Assembly: GCA_947501685.1 (NCBI GenBank)
Contig: CANMWQ010000008.1
Span: 871-64,870 of the forward strand
DNA length: 64,000 bases
Origin: an uncultured Litoreibacter sp.
GTDB lineage: Bacteria; Pseudomonadota; Alphaproteobacteria; Rhodobacterales; Rhodobacteraceae
Direction: 5' to 3'
In this document: positions 45,289-54,677 of the stretch, in pieces
Layout of the letters: each line of letters opens with the position of its first letter
Position numbering within the stretch: the stretch's first letter is position 1
Made by a program: the position numbers and the translations under genes
Notes under the pieces: generated by a model
What the model saw: only the letters and a program-made list of their open reading frames with translations
Database searches by the model: none
Told to the model about the DNA's origin: nothing

Positions 45289-45831
45289 ATGACAGACCGG
45301 ACCGATATTGAAGAGCTGATCGGCAAGGTCTCACTTGGCGACAGGGCGGCTTTGGCCGGGCTCTATGACGCCACCAGCGGGAAACTGTTCAGCGTCTGCC
45401 TGCGCGTCTTGAAGAACCGCTCCGAGGCGGAGGACGCGTTGCAGGATGTCTACCTTCGGATTTGGGCCAAGGCCGACCGATATGCCGTCACGGGTCACAG
45501 CCCGATGACATGGCTGATAACCGTGGCGCGCAATCTTTCGATCGACCGGCTGCGGGCGAAAAAGGCAAACCATGTGGATCTCGATGCCGTGGGCGAGCTG
45601 GTCGAGAAACGACCCGGCCCGGAGGCAACAAGCATCGCCGCCTCGGAGCAACGTCGGATCAGCAGCTGTTTAGACGAGCTGCCGCCTGACCGCGCCCAAG
45701 CGGTGCGTGCCGTTTATCTGGATGGCGCGACCTACCAAGCGCTTGCGGATCAGTTTGAGGTGCCGCTGAACACAATGCGCACCTGGCTGCGCCGCAGCCT
45801 GATCTCTTTGAAGGAGTGCCTTGCACGATGA
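45289..45831 (+). CDS. ECF sigma factor
   Basis: EAEDALQDVYLRIW, WLITVARNLSID, region 4 PLNTMRTWLRR. Confidence 0.93.
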   Translation: MTDRTDIEELIGKVSLGDRAALAGLYDATSGKLFSVCLRVLKNRSEAEDALQDVYLRIWAKADRYAVTGHSPMTWLITVARNLSIDRLRAKKANHVDLDAVGELVEKRPGPEATSIAASEQRRISSCLDELPPDRAQAVRAVYLDGATYQALADQFEVPLNTMRTWLRRSLISLKECLAR

Positions 45832-46544
45832 GCGACCAACAGGACATACCGCAAGACGAGGCGCTTGCCGCCGAATACGTCTTGCGCCTGCTGGACGCAG
45901 GAGACGCGCAGGCGTTTGAGGCCCGTTTGCAACGCGAGCCTGCGTTGCGGGCGCAGGTGCAATTCTGGGAGGCAGAGCTTGCCGCCATCGCTGGTGATCT
46001 TCCCGACGAACACCCATCGGCTTCAGTGAAGACCGCGATCCTTGCCAAGATCGAGGGCACGGGCACCGTCGCGACGCGCGGCTGGTCATGGGGCCAGTCA
46101 TGGGGTTGGCTGGGCTTTCCGGGGCTGGTCGCCGTGGCAATGGCCGCGTTTTTCATCGTGACGCCCCTGCTGCGCGAACCGGCTTTTGAGCCGACGCTGC
46201 ATGCCACGCTGATCTCTGAAAACGGCGCCGTCCATATCGAGGCAGGCTACGCCCCGGGTGGCAACCTGTTCAAAGTCATCCCAGAACAAGGCGCGCCCGC
46301 CGCAGGGCGTGATTTTGAGCTATGGGTGATCGGCCCGGAGGCCGACGCGCCTGTGTCACTTGGGGTGATCCCGGTGGATAGCGTGAGCCTTTTTGAGATC
46401 ACACCGGAGCTTGCGGCGTTGATTGATGGCGGCACGCTGGCGGTCTCTGATGAGCCGGAAGGCGGCTCTCCCACGGGCGCGCCAACGGGCGCCATTCTGG
46501 CGACAGACCTGTTCTTTGACGCGGCACTTTTTCAGCCCGGCTAA
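45828..46544 (+). CDS. Anti-sigma factor (RskA-like)
   Basis: LAAEYVL, TM helix, C-terminal ELW..G...VSLG and AVSDEPEGGSP.GAPTG. Confidence 0.9.
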   Translation: MSDQQDIPQDEALAAEYVLRLLDAGDAQAFEARLQREPALRAQVQFWEAELAAIAGDLPDEHPSASVKTAILAKIEGTGTVATRGWSWGQSWGWLGFPGLVAVAMAAFFIVTPLLREPAFEPTLHATLISENGAVHIEAGYAPGGNLFKVIPEQGAPAAGRDFELWVIGPEADAPVSLGVIPVDSVSLFEITPELAALIDGGTLAVSDEPEGGSPTGAPTGAILATDLFFDAALFQPG

Positions 46545-46599
46545 GAGATGGCGTGAATTCTGCGGATGTTTGGGCCCTGTTCAGCTTTGCAGCGGCGGC

Positions 46600-46701
46600 A
46601 AAGCCTGGGGTCTGGTGGCCGAGGGATCTGTGCGCGTGAACGACGTCGCCTTGAGTAGGGGCGACGGGCTGGCCTTAGAAAAGCGGCCAGCGCTCTTCTA
46701 G
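46600..46701 (+). pseudogene. Fragment resembling C-terminus of YhhW-type pirin
   Basis: KAWGLVAEGSVRVNDVALSRGDGLAL*; no upstream part. Confidence 0.4.
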
Positions 46702-46730
46702 ACCAACGCCATCCCAACAAAAGAGCCGCC

Positions 46731-47177
46731 ATGAGCTGGAACCCGATCCAAAACCCCGAATGTCCCGAGACGGACACCAACAGCATCGAGACCCTGACCA
46801 TCCCGCGCGCGCGTGACATTGGCGACTTTGAGGTGCGCCGCGCCCTGCCCGCCCTTGATCGGCAAATGGTCGGGCCATCTATCTTCTTTGACCAGATGGG
46901 CCCGACGAAATTCATCGTCGAGGGCGGCATTGACGCGCGCCAAACGCAACACGCTGTTCGGCATTCAGACCTGGCTTGCCCTGCCATCGGACAAGGAGGA
47001 GATGGAGCCGGAATTCGAGCATCACAAAGAGGACGCGATGCCGCTGATCACCGACACCGGCAGGCGCGCGCATTTGATCCTCGGCAGCGCCTATAGGCAG
47101 ACCAGCCCGGTTACGACGCGGAGTTCATCCCGATCACCCCCGAGCTGGACCGCACAAAGCCCCGAGACTGGCCGTAG
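46731..47177 (+). pseudogene. Pirin pseudogene with internal deletions and frameshifts
   Basis: N-terminal PRARDIGDFEVRRALP..MVGP.IFFDQMGP, mid LFGIQTWLALP..EEMEPEFEHH and terminal AEFIPITPELDRTKPRDWP* in different frames within 447 bp. Confidence 0.85.
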
Positions 47178-47371
47178 GAAAGCCGCGCGGCACCCTGCTT
47201 TGCGGATTCGTCTTTCCGCGTGACCCGCGTTTTGGGGTCTGCTTGGAGCGTATCTGTAGCAGGTCAGTCATTTCATTTGCAGCTTTCAGACGGGCCAGCG
47301 CATGCGGAGTTGGCCTGTTGCGAGTCATTGTCCTTTAAGCTGCAAATTTTTGACCACACGCGGATTAATAT

Positions 47372-47406
47372 GATACAGAATTTTCATGCTTTCTAATTTT
47401 GGTAAC
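47372..47406. promoter_or_regulatory. 35-bp inverted-repeat operator, copy 1
   Basis: GATACAGAATT-N12-AATTTTGGTAAC; 23/35 identical to 49108-49142. Confidence 0.55.
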
Positions 47407-47483
47407 TTTATTGCCTTCGAATCGAGAAGTGCCGTTACCCGAGTTAAAAAAACCGTAAGATAACACAGCTGGAGACCGCCCTG

Positions 47484-49106
47484 ATGAGCCAGAAAACCTA
47501 CGCTTACAAATCCCTCGCCCGCGCGACGCGGGACCATGGTGTTGAGACGCTTTTCGGGCTGATGGGGGATGCAAATCTGTTTATGGTCGACAGCTTCGTG
47601 CGCGATTGCGGGGGCACTTTTGTGCCTGCGGCCCATGAGGGCAGCACCATTCTGATGGCTTCGGCTTACGCAAAGGTGACGGGTAAGGTGGGCGTGGCGA
47701 CCGTGACCCACGGGCCTGCGCTGTCAAATTGCGTCACAGCGCTGACGGAAGTTGTCCGGGGGCAGGTGCCGCTGGTTTTGCTGGCCGGTGACACGCCATC
47801 TGACAATCCGCGCCATTTGCAAAGCATCGACCAACGCGAGCTGGTGAAGGTCACCGGGGCCGGGTTCGAGCAGCTCAGGACCCCGGACACAGTGGGCAAA
47901 GACGTCGCGCGCGCGTTCTACCGCGCACAAGTCGAGCGCCGCCCGATCGTGCTGAACATGCCGGCTGATTTCATGTGGCAGGAGGCCGCCTACGAGATGC
48001 AGGTGCTCGACGTCTTTACGACGCCCGGCGGCGTGGCGGAGGGCGATGTGCTGGACAATGCCATCGGCATGATCGCCTCTGCGCGGCGTCCGCTTATACT
48101 GGCGGGCGGCGGCGCGATTGCCGCGCGCGATCAGCTGGTGCGGCTGGCGGACCGTCTGGAGGCCCCGCTCGCCACCACGCTTCAGGCCAAGGGCCTGTTC
48201 AACAACCACCCCTATAACATGGATATCTTCGGCACCCTCTCGACGCCTGCGGCCTATGAGCTGATGCAGCAATCGGATTGCATCATCTGCTTTGGCTCCG
48301 CGCTGCATGAATTCACCACGGACCGCGGGAAACTCATGCAAAAGAAGCGCATTGTGCAGGTTGATGTGAACCCGGCGGCCATCGGGGGCGGCGTTCACCC
48401 GGACGCCGCGCTGATTGCGGATGCCGGGCTGGCGGCGGAGCAGATATTGTTCTGGCTGGATGAGGCCGAGATCGCGCCGAGCGGCTTCACCGCAGAGCTT
48501 GACCCCGACATCCTGACCCTGCACCCCGTTGGCTCCGAAAAGGTTGCGGACGGGGCCATTAACTACGTGTATGCCCTTGAGCGGCTGGAAACGGCGCTGC
48601 CCAAGGACCGCATTCTGGTGTCCGACGGAGGGCGCTTCATGACGGAAGTCTGGTGCCGCATTTCTGTGCCCGACCCGCAGAGCTTTGTCAGCACGGTCAA
48701 TTTCGGCTCCATTGGTCTGGGGCTGCAAACCGCGATTGGCGCAGGCGTTGCCGTTCCGGATCGTCCGGTTGTCCTGTTCAACGGGGATGGCGGCTTCATG
48801 ATGGGCGGCATCAACGAGTTCAACACAGCGGTGCGCCTTGGCCTCGACCTGATTGTCATCGTGGCAAATGACGCCGCCTACGGGGCCGAACATATTCAGT
48901 TCATAGACCGCAAAATGGACCCCAGCCTGACGGAGTTTCAGTGGCCCTCCTTCGCGCAGATTGCCACATCGCTGGGCGGCGCGGGTGTTGAGGTGCGCTC
49001 CAAGGACGAGCTTGAAACGGCGCTCACCGCCTTGGCAGAGCGCACAGGCCCGATCCTGATCGAGCTGCATCTCGACCCGGATGACGTGCCGCGGATGCGC
49101 GCATAA
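47484..49106 (+). CDS. ThDP-dependent enzyme (acetolactate-synthase-like superfamily)
   Basis: FGLMGDAN, AAHEG catalytic Glu, THGPALSN, GDGGF..N ThDP motif, NDAAYGAE. Confidence 0.9.
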   Translation: MSQKTYAYKSLARATRDHGVETLFGLMGDANLFMVDSFVRDCGGTFVPAAHEGSTILMASAYAKVTGKVGVATVTHGPALSNCVTALTEVVRGQVPLVLLAGDTPSDNPRHLQSIDQRELVKVTGAGFEQLRTPDTVGKDVARAFYRAQVERRPIVLNMPADFMWQEAAYEMQVLDVFTTPGGVAEGDVLDNAIGMIASARRPLILAGGGAIAARDQLVRLADRLEAPLATTLQAKGLFNNHPYNMDIFGTLSTPAAYELMQQSDCIICFGSALHEFTTDRGKLMQKKRIVQVDVNPAAIGGGVHPDAALIADAGLAAEQILFWLDEAEIAPSGFTAELDPDILTLHPVGSEKVADGAINYVYALERLETALPKDRILVSDGGRFMTEVWCRISVPDPQSFVSTVNFGSIGLGLQTAIGAGVAVPDRPVVLFNGDGGFMMGGINEFNTAVRLGLDLIVIVANDAAYGAEHIQFIDRKMDPSLTEFQWPSFAQIATSLGGAGVEVRSKDELETALTALAERTGPILIELHLDPDDVPRMRA

Positions 49107-49107
49107 T

Positions 49108-49142
49108 GTTACCAAAAATTCACACACGATAATTTTAGTAAC
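49108..49142. promoter_or_regulatory. 35-bp inverted-repeat operator, copy 2 (upstream of paaJ)
   Basis: GTTACCAAAAATT-N10-AATTTTAGTAAC. Confidence 0.6.
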
Positions 49143-49213
49143 TTGAAACTTGCTTGCAGGGGCAAAACGGCGTATTCCTTGGGGGTGGTCGATCAACTTT
49201 TGGAAGGCTTTCC

Positions 49214-50416
49214 ATGGACGCTTTGATTTGTGACGGTGTGCGCACCCCGATTGGCCGATATGGCGGCGCGCTGTCCTCTATCCGGGCGGACGATCTGGCC
49301 GCCTTGCCCATGACCGCATTGATGGAGCGCAACCAAGGCGTCGATTGGACCGCCGTGGATGACGTTATTTTGGGCGCGGCCAACCAAGCCGGAGAAGACA
49401 ATCGCAACGTCGCCCGTATGGCCGCCCTGTTGGCCGGTCTGCCGCAGGACGTGCCGGGCACAACGATCAACCGGCTCTGCGCCAGCGGCATGGACGCCGT
49501 GGGATTTGCGGCGCGTGGCATCAAGGCGGGGGATTATGATCTGACCATCGCGGGCGGTGTTGAAAGCATGAGCCGCGCGCCTTTTGTCATGCCCAAAGCG
49601 ACAGCGGCCTTCACCCGCTCCAATGCAGTTTACGACACGACGATCGGCTGGCGCTTCACCAACCCGAAGATGAAAGAGATGTACGGCGTCGATTCCATGC
49701 CCCAGACGGCGGATAATGTCGCCGCCGATTATGATGTCAGCCGCGCGGATCAAGACGCCTTCGCCGCCCGCTCGCAGGCGCGCTGGGTGCAGGCGCAGGC
49801 CGACGGTTTGTTTGACAATGAAATCGTGGCTGTTTCTGTGCCGCAGCGCAAAGGCGAGCCGGTTCTCTTCGACACAGACGAGCACCCGCGCCCCGGAACG
49901 GATGCCGCGAAACTGTCAAAGCTCAAGGGCGTGAACGGCCCTGACCTGTCGGTCACGGCGGGCAATGCCAGCGGCGTCAATGATGGCGCAGCGGCGCTGC
50001 TGATCGCCTCGGCAGATGCTGCCAAGACCCACGGGCTGACCCCGATGGCGCGCGTGGTTGCGATGTCCTCGGCGGGCGTGGCACCTCGGGTCATGGGCAT
50101 CGGCCCGGCGCCTGCCAGCGAAAAGGTCCTGAAGCGCGCAGGGCTGAGCATCGAGCAGATGGATATAATTGAACTGAACGAAGCCTTCGCCAGCCAGGGC
50201 CTTGCAACTTTGCGTCGGCTTGGCGTGGCAGATGACGACCCGCGGGTGAACCCCTATGGCGGCGCGATTGCGATGGGCCACCCGCTTGGCATGTCCGGCG
50301 CGCGGCTGGTGCTGACGGCGGCGCATCAGCTGAAACGCACGGGCGGGCGCTACGCGCTCTGCACCATGTGCGTGGGCGTGGGCCAAGGCACCGCCATGAT
50401 TATCGAACGCGTCTGA
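49214..50416 (+). CDS. paaJ: 3-oxoadipyl-CoA thiolase
   Basis: [39 protein letters not shown]; heads paa operon (PaaJ/PcaF family). Confidence 0.92.
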   Translation: MDALICDGVRTPIGRYGGALSSIRADDLAALPMTALMERNQGVDWTAVDDVILGAANQAGEDNRNVARMAALLAGLPQDVPGTTINRLCASGMDAVGFAARGIKAGDYDLTIAGGVESMSRAPFVMPKATAAFTRSNAVYDTTIGWRFTNPKMKEMYGVDSMPQTADNVAADYDVSRADQDAFAARSQARWVQAQADGLFDNEIVAVSVPQRKGEPVLFDTDEHPRPGTDAAKLSKLKGVNGPDLSVTAGNASGVNDGAAALLIASADAAKTHGLTPMARVVAMSSAGVAPRVMGIGPAPASEKVLKRAGLSIEQMDIIELNEAFASQGLATLRRLGVADDDPRVNPYGGAIAMGHPLGMSGARLVLTAAHQLKRTGGRYALCTMCVGVGQGTAMIIERV

Positions 50417-50433
50417 ATCGGGAGGAGAAAGAC

Positions 50434-51411
50434 ATGTATGCACAGATGGTAAAATCCGAGGCGACACAGGAAGACCCCGAACAGCTCGCCGTCTTTCAGG
50501 CGCGCATCGACGCGGGCGAGAAGATCGAGCCGAAGGAATGGATGCCAGCGGGCTACCGCAAGACGTTGATCCGCCAGATCGGCCAGCACGCGCATTCGGA
50601 GATTGTGGGGCAACTGCCGGAGGGCAACTGGATCACCCGCGCGCCAACGCTGGAGCGCAAGGCGATCCTTCTGGCGAAGGTGCAGGACGAGGCGGGCCAC
50701 GGGCTTTACCTATATTGCGCCGCCGAGACGCTGGGCGTCACCCGCGACGAGATGACGGAAATGCTGCTGGACGGGCGGATGAAATACTCCTCCATCTTCA
50801 ACTACCCGACGCTGACATGGGCCGATATGGGCGCGGTGGGCTGGCTGGTGGACGGGGCCGCGATCATGAACCAGGTGCCGCTGCAACGCACGTCTTATGG
50901 CCCCTATTCCCGCGCGATGATCCGGGTCTGCAAGGAGGAATCCTTCCACCAGCGTCAGGGCTACGCCATCATGATGAAGATGGCCAATGGCACGCCCGCG
51001 CAGAAAAAAATGGCGCAGGACGCGCTGAACCGGCTGTGGTTTCCGTCCCTAATGATGTTTGGCCCGTCTGACGCGGACAGCACCCATTCCGAGCAGTCGA
51101 TGAAATGGAAGATCAAGATGAACACCAATGACGAGTTGCGTCAGAAATTCGTCGACCAGACCGTGCCGCAAGCCGAATATCTTGGCCTGACCATCCCCGA
51201 CGACACGCTGAAATGGAACGAGGACAAAGGCGGCTACGACTTTGCCGAGCCCGACTGGGAGGAGTTCTTCGACGTCATCAAAGGCAACGGGCCGTGCAAC
51301 ACGGAGCGGCTCGCCGCACGCAACAAGGCGTGGGACGAGGGCAAATGGGTGCGCGAGGCGATGATGGCCCATGCCCAGAAACGCAAGGCCGCCAAGGTGG
51401 CGGCGCAATGA
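50434..51411 (+). CDS. paaA: Phenylacetyl-CoA epoxidase subunit A
   Basis: [40 protein letters not shown]. Confidence 0.97.
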   Translation: MYAQMVKSEATQEDPEQLAVFQARIDAGEKIEPKEWMPAGYRKTLIRQIGQHAHSEIVGQLPEGNWITRAPTLERKAILLAKVQDEAGHGLYLYCAAETLGVTRDEMTEMLLDGRMKYSSIFNYPTLTWADMGAVGWLVDGAAIMNQVPLQRTSYGPYSRAMIRVCKEESFHQRQGYAIMMKMANGTPAQKKMAQDALNRLWFPSLMMFGPSDADSTHSEQSMKWKIKMNTNDELRQKFVDQTVPQAEYLGLTIPDDTLKWNEDKGGYDFAEPDWEEFFDVIKGNGPCNTERLAARNKAWDEGKWVREAMMAHAQKRKAAKVAAQ

Positions 51412-51731
51412 GCGGCGAAAGTGACACGGCCCCCGAGGCCCCAAAGCGTGGTCAGGAATGGCCCCTTTGGGAGGTGTTCATCCGTGGCCAACACGGGCTG
51501 AACCACCGGCATGTGGGCTCCCTGCACGCCCCCGATGAGGAGATGGCGATCAAGAACGCCCGCGACGTCTACACCCGCCGGAACGAAGGCGTCAGCATCT
51601 GGGTCGTGGAGGCGCGCCATATCGCGGCGTCCAGCCCCTCGCAAAAAGGCCCGCTCTATGACCCGTCCGAGAGCAAGGTCTACCGCCACCCCACCTTCTT
51701 CGACATTCCCGACGATGTGGGGGCCATGTGA
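51408..51731 (+). CDS. paaB: Phenylacetyl-CoA epoxidase subunit B
   Basis: [37 protein letters not shown]. Confidence 0.96.
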   Translation: MSGESDTAPEAPKRGQEWPLWEVFIRGQHGLNHRHVGSLHAPDEEMAIKNARDVYTRRNEGVSIWVVEARHIAASSPSQKGPLYDPSESKVYRHPTFFDIPDDVGAM

Positions 51732-52498
51732 TGGCGCAGGTGGATCAGGCGCAACTGCTCGAATTTCTGTGCCGGATGGGCGACAACACCCTCGTGCTGG
51801 GCCACCGGGTCAGCGAATGGTGCGGCCACGCGCCTGTGCTAGAGGAGGATATCGCGCTGGCCAATATTGCGCTGGACCTGATCGGGCAGACGCAGATGTG
51901 GCTGGGTCTTGCGGCTGAGGTCGAAGGCAAGGGCCGCAATGCGGATGACCTTGCCATGCTGCGCGACGTCTGGGATTTCCGCAACGTACTGCTGGTGGAG
52001 CAACCCAATGGCGATTTCGGCCAGACCATCCTGCGCCAATTCCTGTTCGACAGCTGGCATCTGGCGATGCTGACCGGGCTGACGACATCGACCAACACCG
52101 AGATCGCAGCGATTGCGGCCAAATCGGTCAAGGAGGTGCAGTACCATGTTGAGCGCTCCGCCGAGACGGTGATCGCGCTGGGCGACGGCACCGCGGAGAG
52201 CCATGACCGTATGCAGGCGGCCCTCGACCTGCTCTGGCCCTATGTCGGTGAGATGTTTGTGCCTGACGCGGTGGATGACGCGATGGCGGCGGCGGGCGTG
52301 GCCCCTGATCTGGGCGCGTTGCGCGCGCGCTTTGACGCGGAGGTGAGCACTGTGCTGCGCGCGGCAACGCTTACCCCGCCCGAGGGCGGCTTTGCCCATA
52401 AGGGCGGCAAGACCGGGTTTCAGCATTCGGAGCATCTTGGCCATATGCTGACCCAGATGCAGTGGTTGCAACGCGCCTATCCCGGTGCCGAGTGGTAA
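51731..52498 (+). CDS. paaC: Phenylacetyl-CoA epoxidase subunit C
   Basis: GDN.LVLGHRVSEWCGHAP.LEEDIAL, KEV.YH, HSEHLG. Confidence 0.96.
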   Translation: MAQVDQAQLLEFLCRMGDNTLVLGHRVSEWCGHAPVLEEDIALANIALDLIGQTQMWLGLAAEVEGKGRNADDLAMLRDVWDFRNVLLVEQPNGDFGQTILRQFLFDSWHLAMLTGLTTSTNTEIAAIAAKSVKEVQYHVERSAETVIALGDGTAESHDRMQAALDLLWPYVGEMFVPDAVDDAMAAAGVAPDLGALRARFDAEVSTVLRAATLTPPEGGFAHKGGKTGFQHSEHLGHMLTQMQWLQRAYPGAEW

Positions 52499-52514
52499 GG
52501 GGCCGAGTGGTAGG

Positions 52515-52973
52515 ATGAAGCCGTCCGAGGCACAGATTTGGGCGTGGCTGGACGACGTGCCAGACCCCGAGATCCCCGTCATTTCGGTGGTGGATCTGGG
52601 CATTGTGCGCGGCGTTGCATGGGAAGGCGACACGTTGGAGGTGGCGGTGACACCGACCTATTCGGGCTGCCCGGCGACCGGCGTGATCTCGATGGATATC
52701 GAGACGGCGTTGCGCGACCGTGGCGTTGACGACCTGCGCATCAAGACCCAGATCAGCCCGCCCTGGACCACCGATTGGCTGTCTGACAAGGGCCGCGCCA
52801 AGCTGGTCGATTACGGCATCGCGCCGCCACGCGCGGCGGGGGGACCGGACAGCTGTCCGCGCTGCAAATCCAAAGCAGTCACACGGATCAGCCAGTTCGG
52901 CTCGACGCCCTGCAAGGCGCAATGGCGCTGCACCGACTGCCTTGAACCTTTCGACTATTTCAAATGCATCTAG
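52515..52973 (+). CDS. paaD: Phenylacetyl-CoA epoxidase subunit D
   Basis: VPDPEIPVISVVDLGIVR, TPTYSGCPA, WTTDW, CPRC..STPCKA..C..C.EPFDYFKC. Confidence 0.96.
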   Translation: MKPSEAQIWAWLDDVPDPEIPVISVVDLGIVRGVAWEGDTLEVAVTPTYSGCPATGVISMDIETALRDRGVDDLRIKTQISPPWTTDWLSDKGRAKLVDYGIAPPRAAGGPDSCPRCKSKAVTRISQFGSTPCKAQWRCTDCLEPFDYFKCI

Positions 52974-52985
52974 GGAGCACATGTG

Positions 52986-54053
52986 ATGGCCCGGTTTCAC
53001 CCTCTCTCCGTGACCGATGTCACCAAAACCATCCGCGACGCGGTGGTGGTGACCCTGAAGCCCGAAAACGGCGGTGATTTCGACTTCATCCAAGGCCAGT
53101 ACCTGACCTTCCGCCGGGAGTTTGACGGGACCGAGATACGGCGCTCCTATTCCATCTGCGCGGGCAAAGATGACGGCGTGTTGCAGGTGGGCATCAAGAA
53201 GGTCGAGGGCGGCGCGTTTTCGACATGGGCCAATGAGCAGCTCACTGCGGGCATGACCCTTGAGGCGATGGAGCCTATGGGCAGCTTTCACACGCCCATC
53301 GTGCCGTCTGCGGCGAAAAATTACCTCGGCTTTGCGGGCGGCTCGGGCGTGACGCCGGTTTTGTCGATCATGAAGACCGTTCTGGCGCGCGAACCGCACA
53401 GCACGTTTACCTTGGTCTATGCCAATAGGGGCGTGAACACGATCATGTTCCGCGAGGAGCTGGAGGACCTCAAGAACCTGCATATGGGCCGGCTGACGGT
53501 GATCCATGTGCTCGAAAGCGACGCGCAGGATATTGACCTGTTCACGGGCCGGGTGGACGCGGAGAAATGCAAGGCGCTGTTTGCCCATTGGATCGACATT
53601 GCCAGCATCGACATCGCCTTTATCTGCGGGCCGGAGCCGATGATGCTGGGCATCGCCGCGGCTTTGCGCGACCACGGATTGAGCGATGATCAGATCAAGT
53701 TTGAGCTCTTTGCCAGCGGCCAGCCGGGCCGCCTGAAGCGCAAAGCGGGCAGTGGCGCAATCGGTGCCGCCGTGAAGGCGACGGAGGCGACCGTGACCAT
53801 GGATGGCTCCGCGCGGAGCTTCACGATGGACCGGGATCAGTCGATCCTTGATGCCGCCCTGGAGAATGCGCTGGACGCGCCCTATGCCTGCAAGGCAGGC
53901 GTGTGTTCGACCTGCAAATGCAAGCTGCTGGAGGGCGAGGTTGAGATGGTCGCGAACCATGCGCTGGAGGATTACGAGGTCAAGCGAGGCTATATCCTGT
54001 CCTGCCAGTCCTACCCGATCACCGACCGCGTGGTGGTGGATTACGACCAGTAA
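52986..54053 (+). CDS. paaE: Phenylacetyl-CoA epoxidase reductase subunit E
   Basis: RRSYSIC, GGSGVTP, CGPEPM, C-terminal 2Fe-2S CKAGVCSTC. Confidence 0.95.
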   Translation: MARFHPLSVTDVTKTIRDAVVVTLKPENGGDFDFIQGQYLTFRREFDGTEIRRSYSICAGKDDGVLQVGIKKVEGGAFSTWANEQLTAGMTLEAMEPMGSFHTPIVPSAAKNYLGFAGGSGVTPVLSIMKTVLAREPHSTFTLVYANRGVNTIMFREELEDLKNLHMGRLTVIHVLESDAQDIDLFTGRVDAEKCKALFAHWIDIASIDIAFICGPEPMMLGIAAALRDHGLSDDQIKFELFASGQPGRLKRKAGSGAIGAAVKATEATVTMDGSARSFTMDRDQSILDAALENALDAPYACKAGVCSTCKCKLLEGEVEMVANHALEDYEVKRGYILSCQSYPITDRVVVDYDQ

Positions 54054-54074
54054 GCCACCCGGATTACACGCGGA

Positions 54075-54677
54075 TCAGAGCCCGCGTATCCCGTTCAGCG
54101 TCAGCTGAGTGACCAGCTGGGCGTATTCGTCGCGGGCGGTCTTATCCGCCGGGCTGTTCCACATGTAAAACCAGTTCAGCATCCCAAAGATAGACATCAC
54201 CGTCGCCCGTAACTTGCGGCTGTTGCCGTCAAATGCGCCGGGTGCAATAGCCGCGATAACATCGCTCATCTGCCCGACCAGATCGCGTTGGTAGGATTTC
54301 AAAATGCGCTTCTGCGGCGCGGGCAGGAGCGGGATGCCTTCGGTCTGGATCTTATGCTCATGATCCATCCCGTCATAGGCGTGCAGGATCTCGACAATGA
54401 TCAAAGCCAGCTGATCGGGGGGGGCGAGCCCCTCCATGTCGATCCCCGTGATCCTGTCGCGCAGCGCGGAGAGATACGTGTCGAGAATGTCAAAGAGCAA
54501 CGCGTCCTTGCTGGGGTAATAGTGGTAGATATTGGCCTTGGAGATGCCGCAGGCCTTGGCCACCTGCGCCATCGAGGTCCGCGCAAAGCCCTGCTCGGCA
54601 AAGGCGCGGGCGGCCACAGCCAGAATGTGGGCGCGCTTTGCGTCGTGATCTTTTGCAACCGGGCGGGGCACGGTCAC
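54075..54677 (-). CDS. paaR: TetR family regulator (PaaR-like)
   Basis: TetR HTH ACGISKANIYHYYPSK; downstream of paaK. Confidence 0.8.
   Translation of the reverse strand: MTVPRPVAKDHDAKRAHILAVAARAFAEQGFARTSMAQVAKACGISKANIYHYYPSKDALLFDILDTYLSALRDRITGIDMEGLAPPDQLALIIVEILHAYDGMDHEHKIQTEGIPLLPAPQKRILKSYQRDLVGQMSDVIAAIAPGAFDGNSRKLRATVMSIFGMLNWFYMWNSPADKTARDEYAQLVTQLTLNGIRGL

Noticed and set aside
47134-47328. 64-aa ORF between pirin remnant and ThDP gene
   Set aside because: No recognisable motif; it overlaps the pirin tail. Cannot be supported as a gene.
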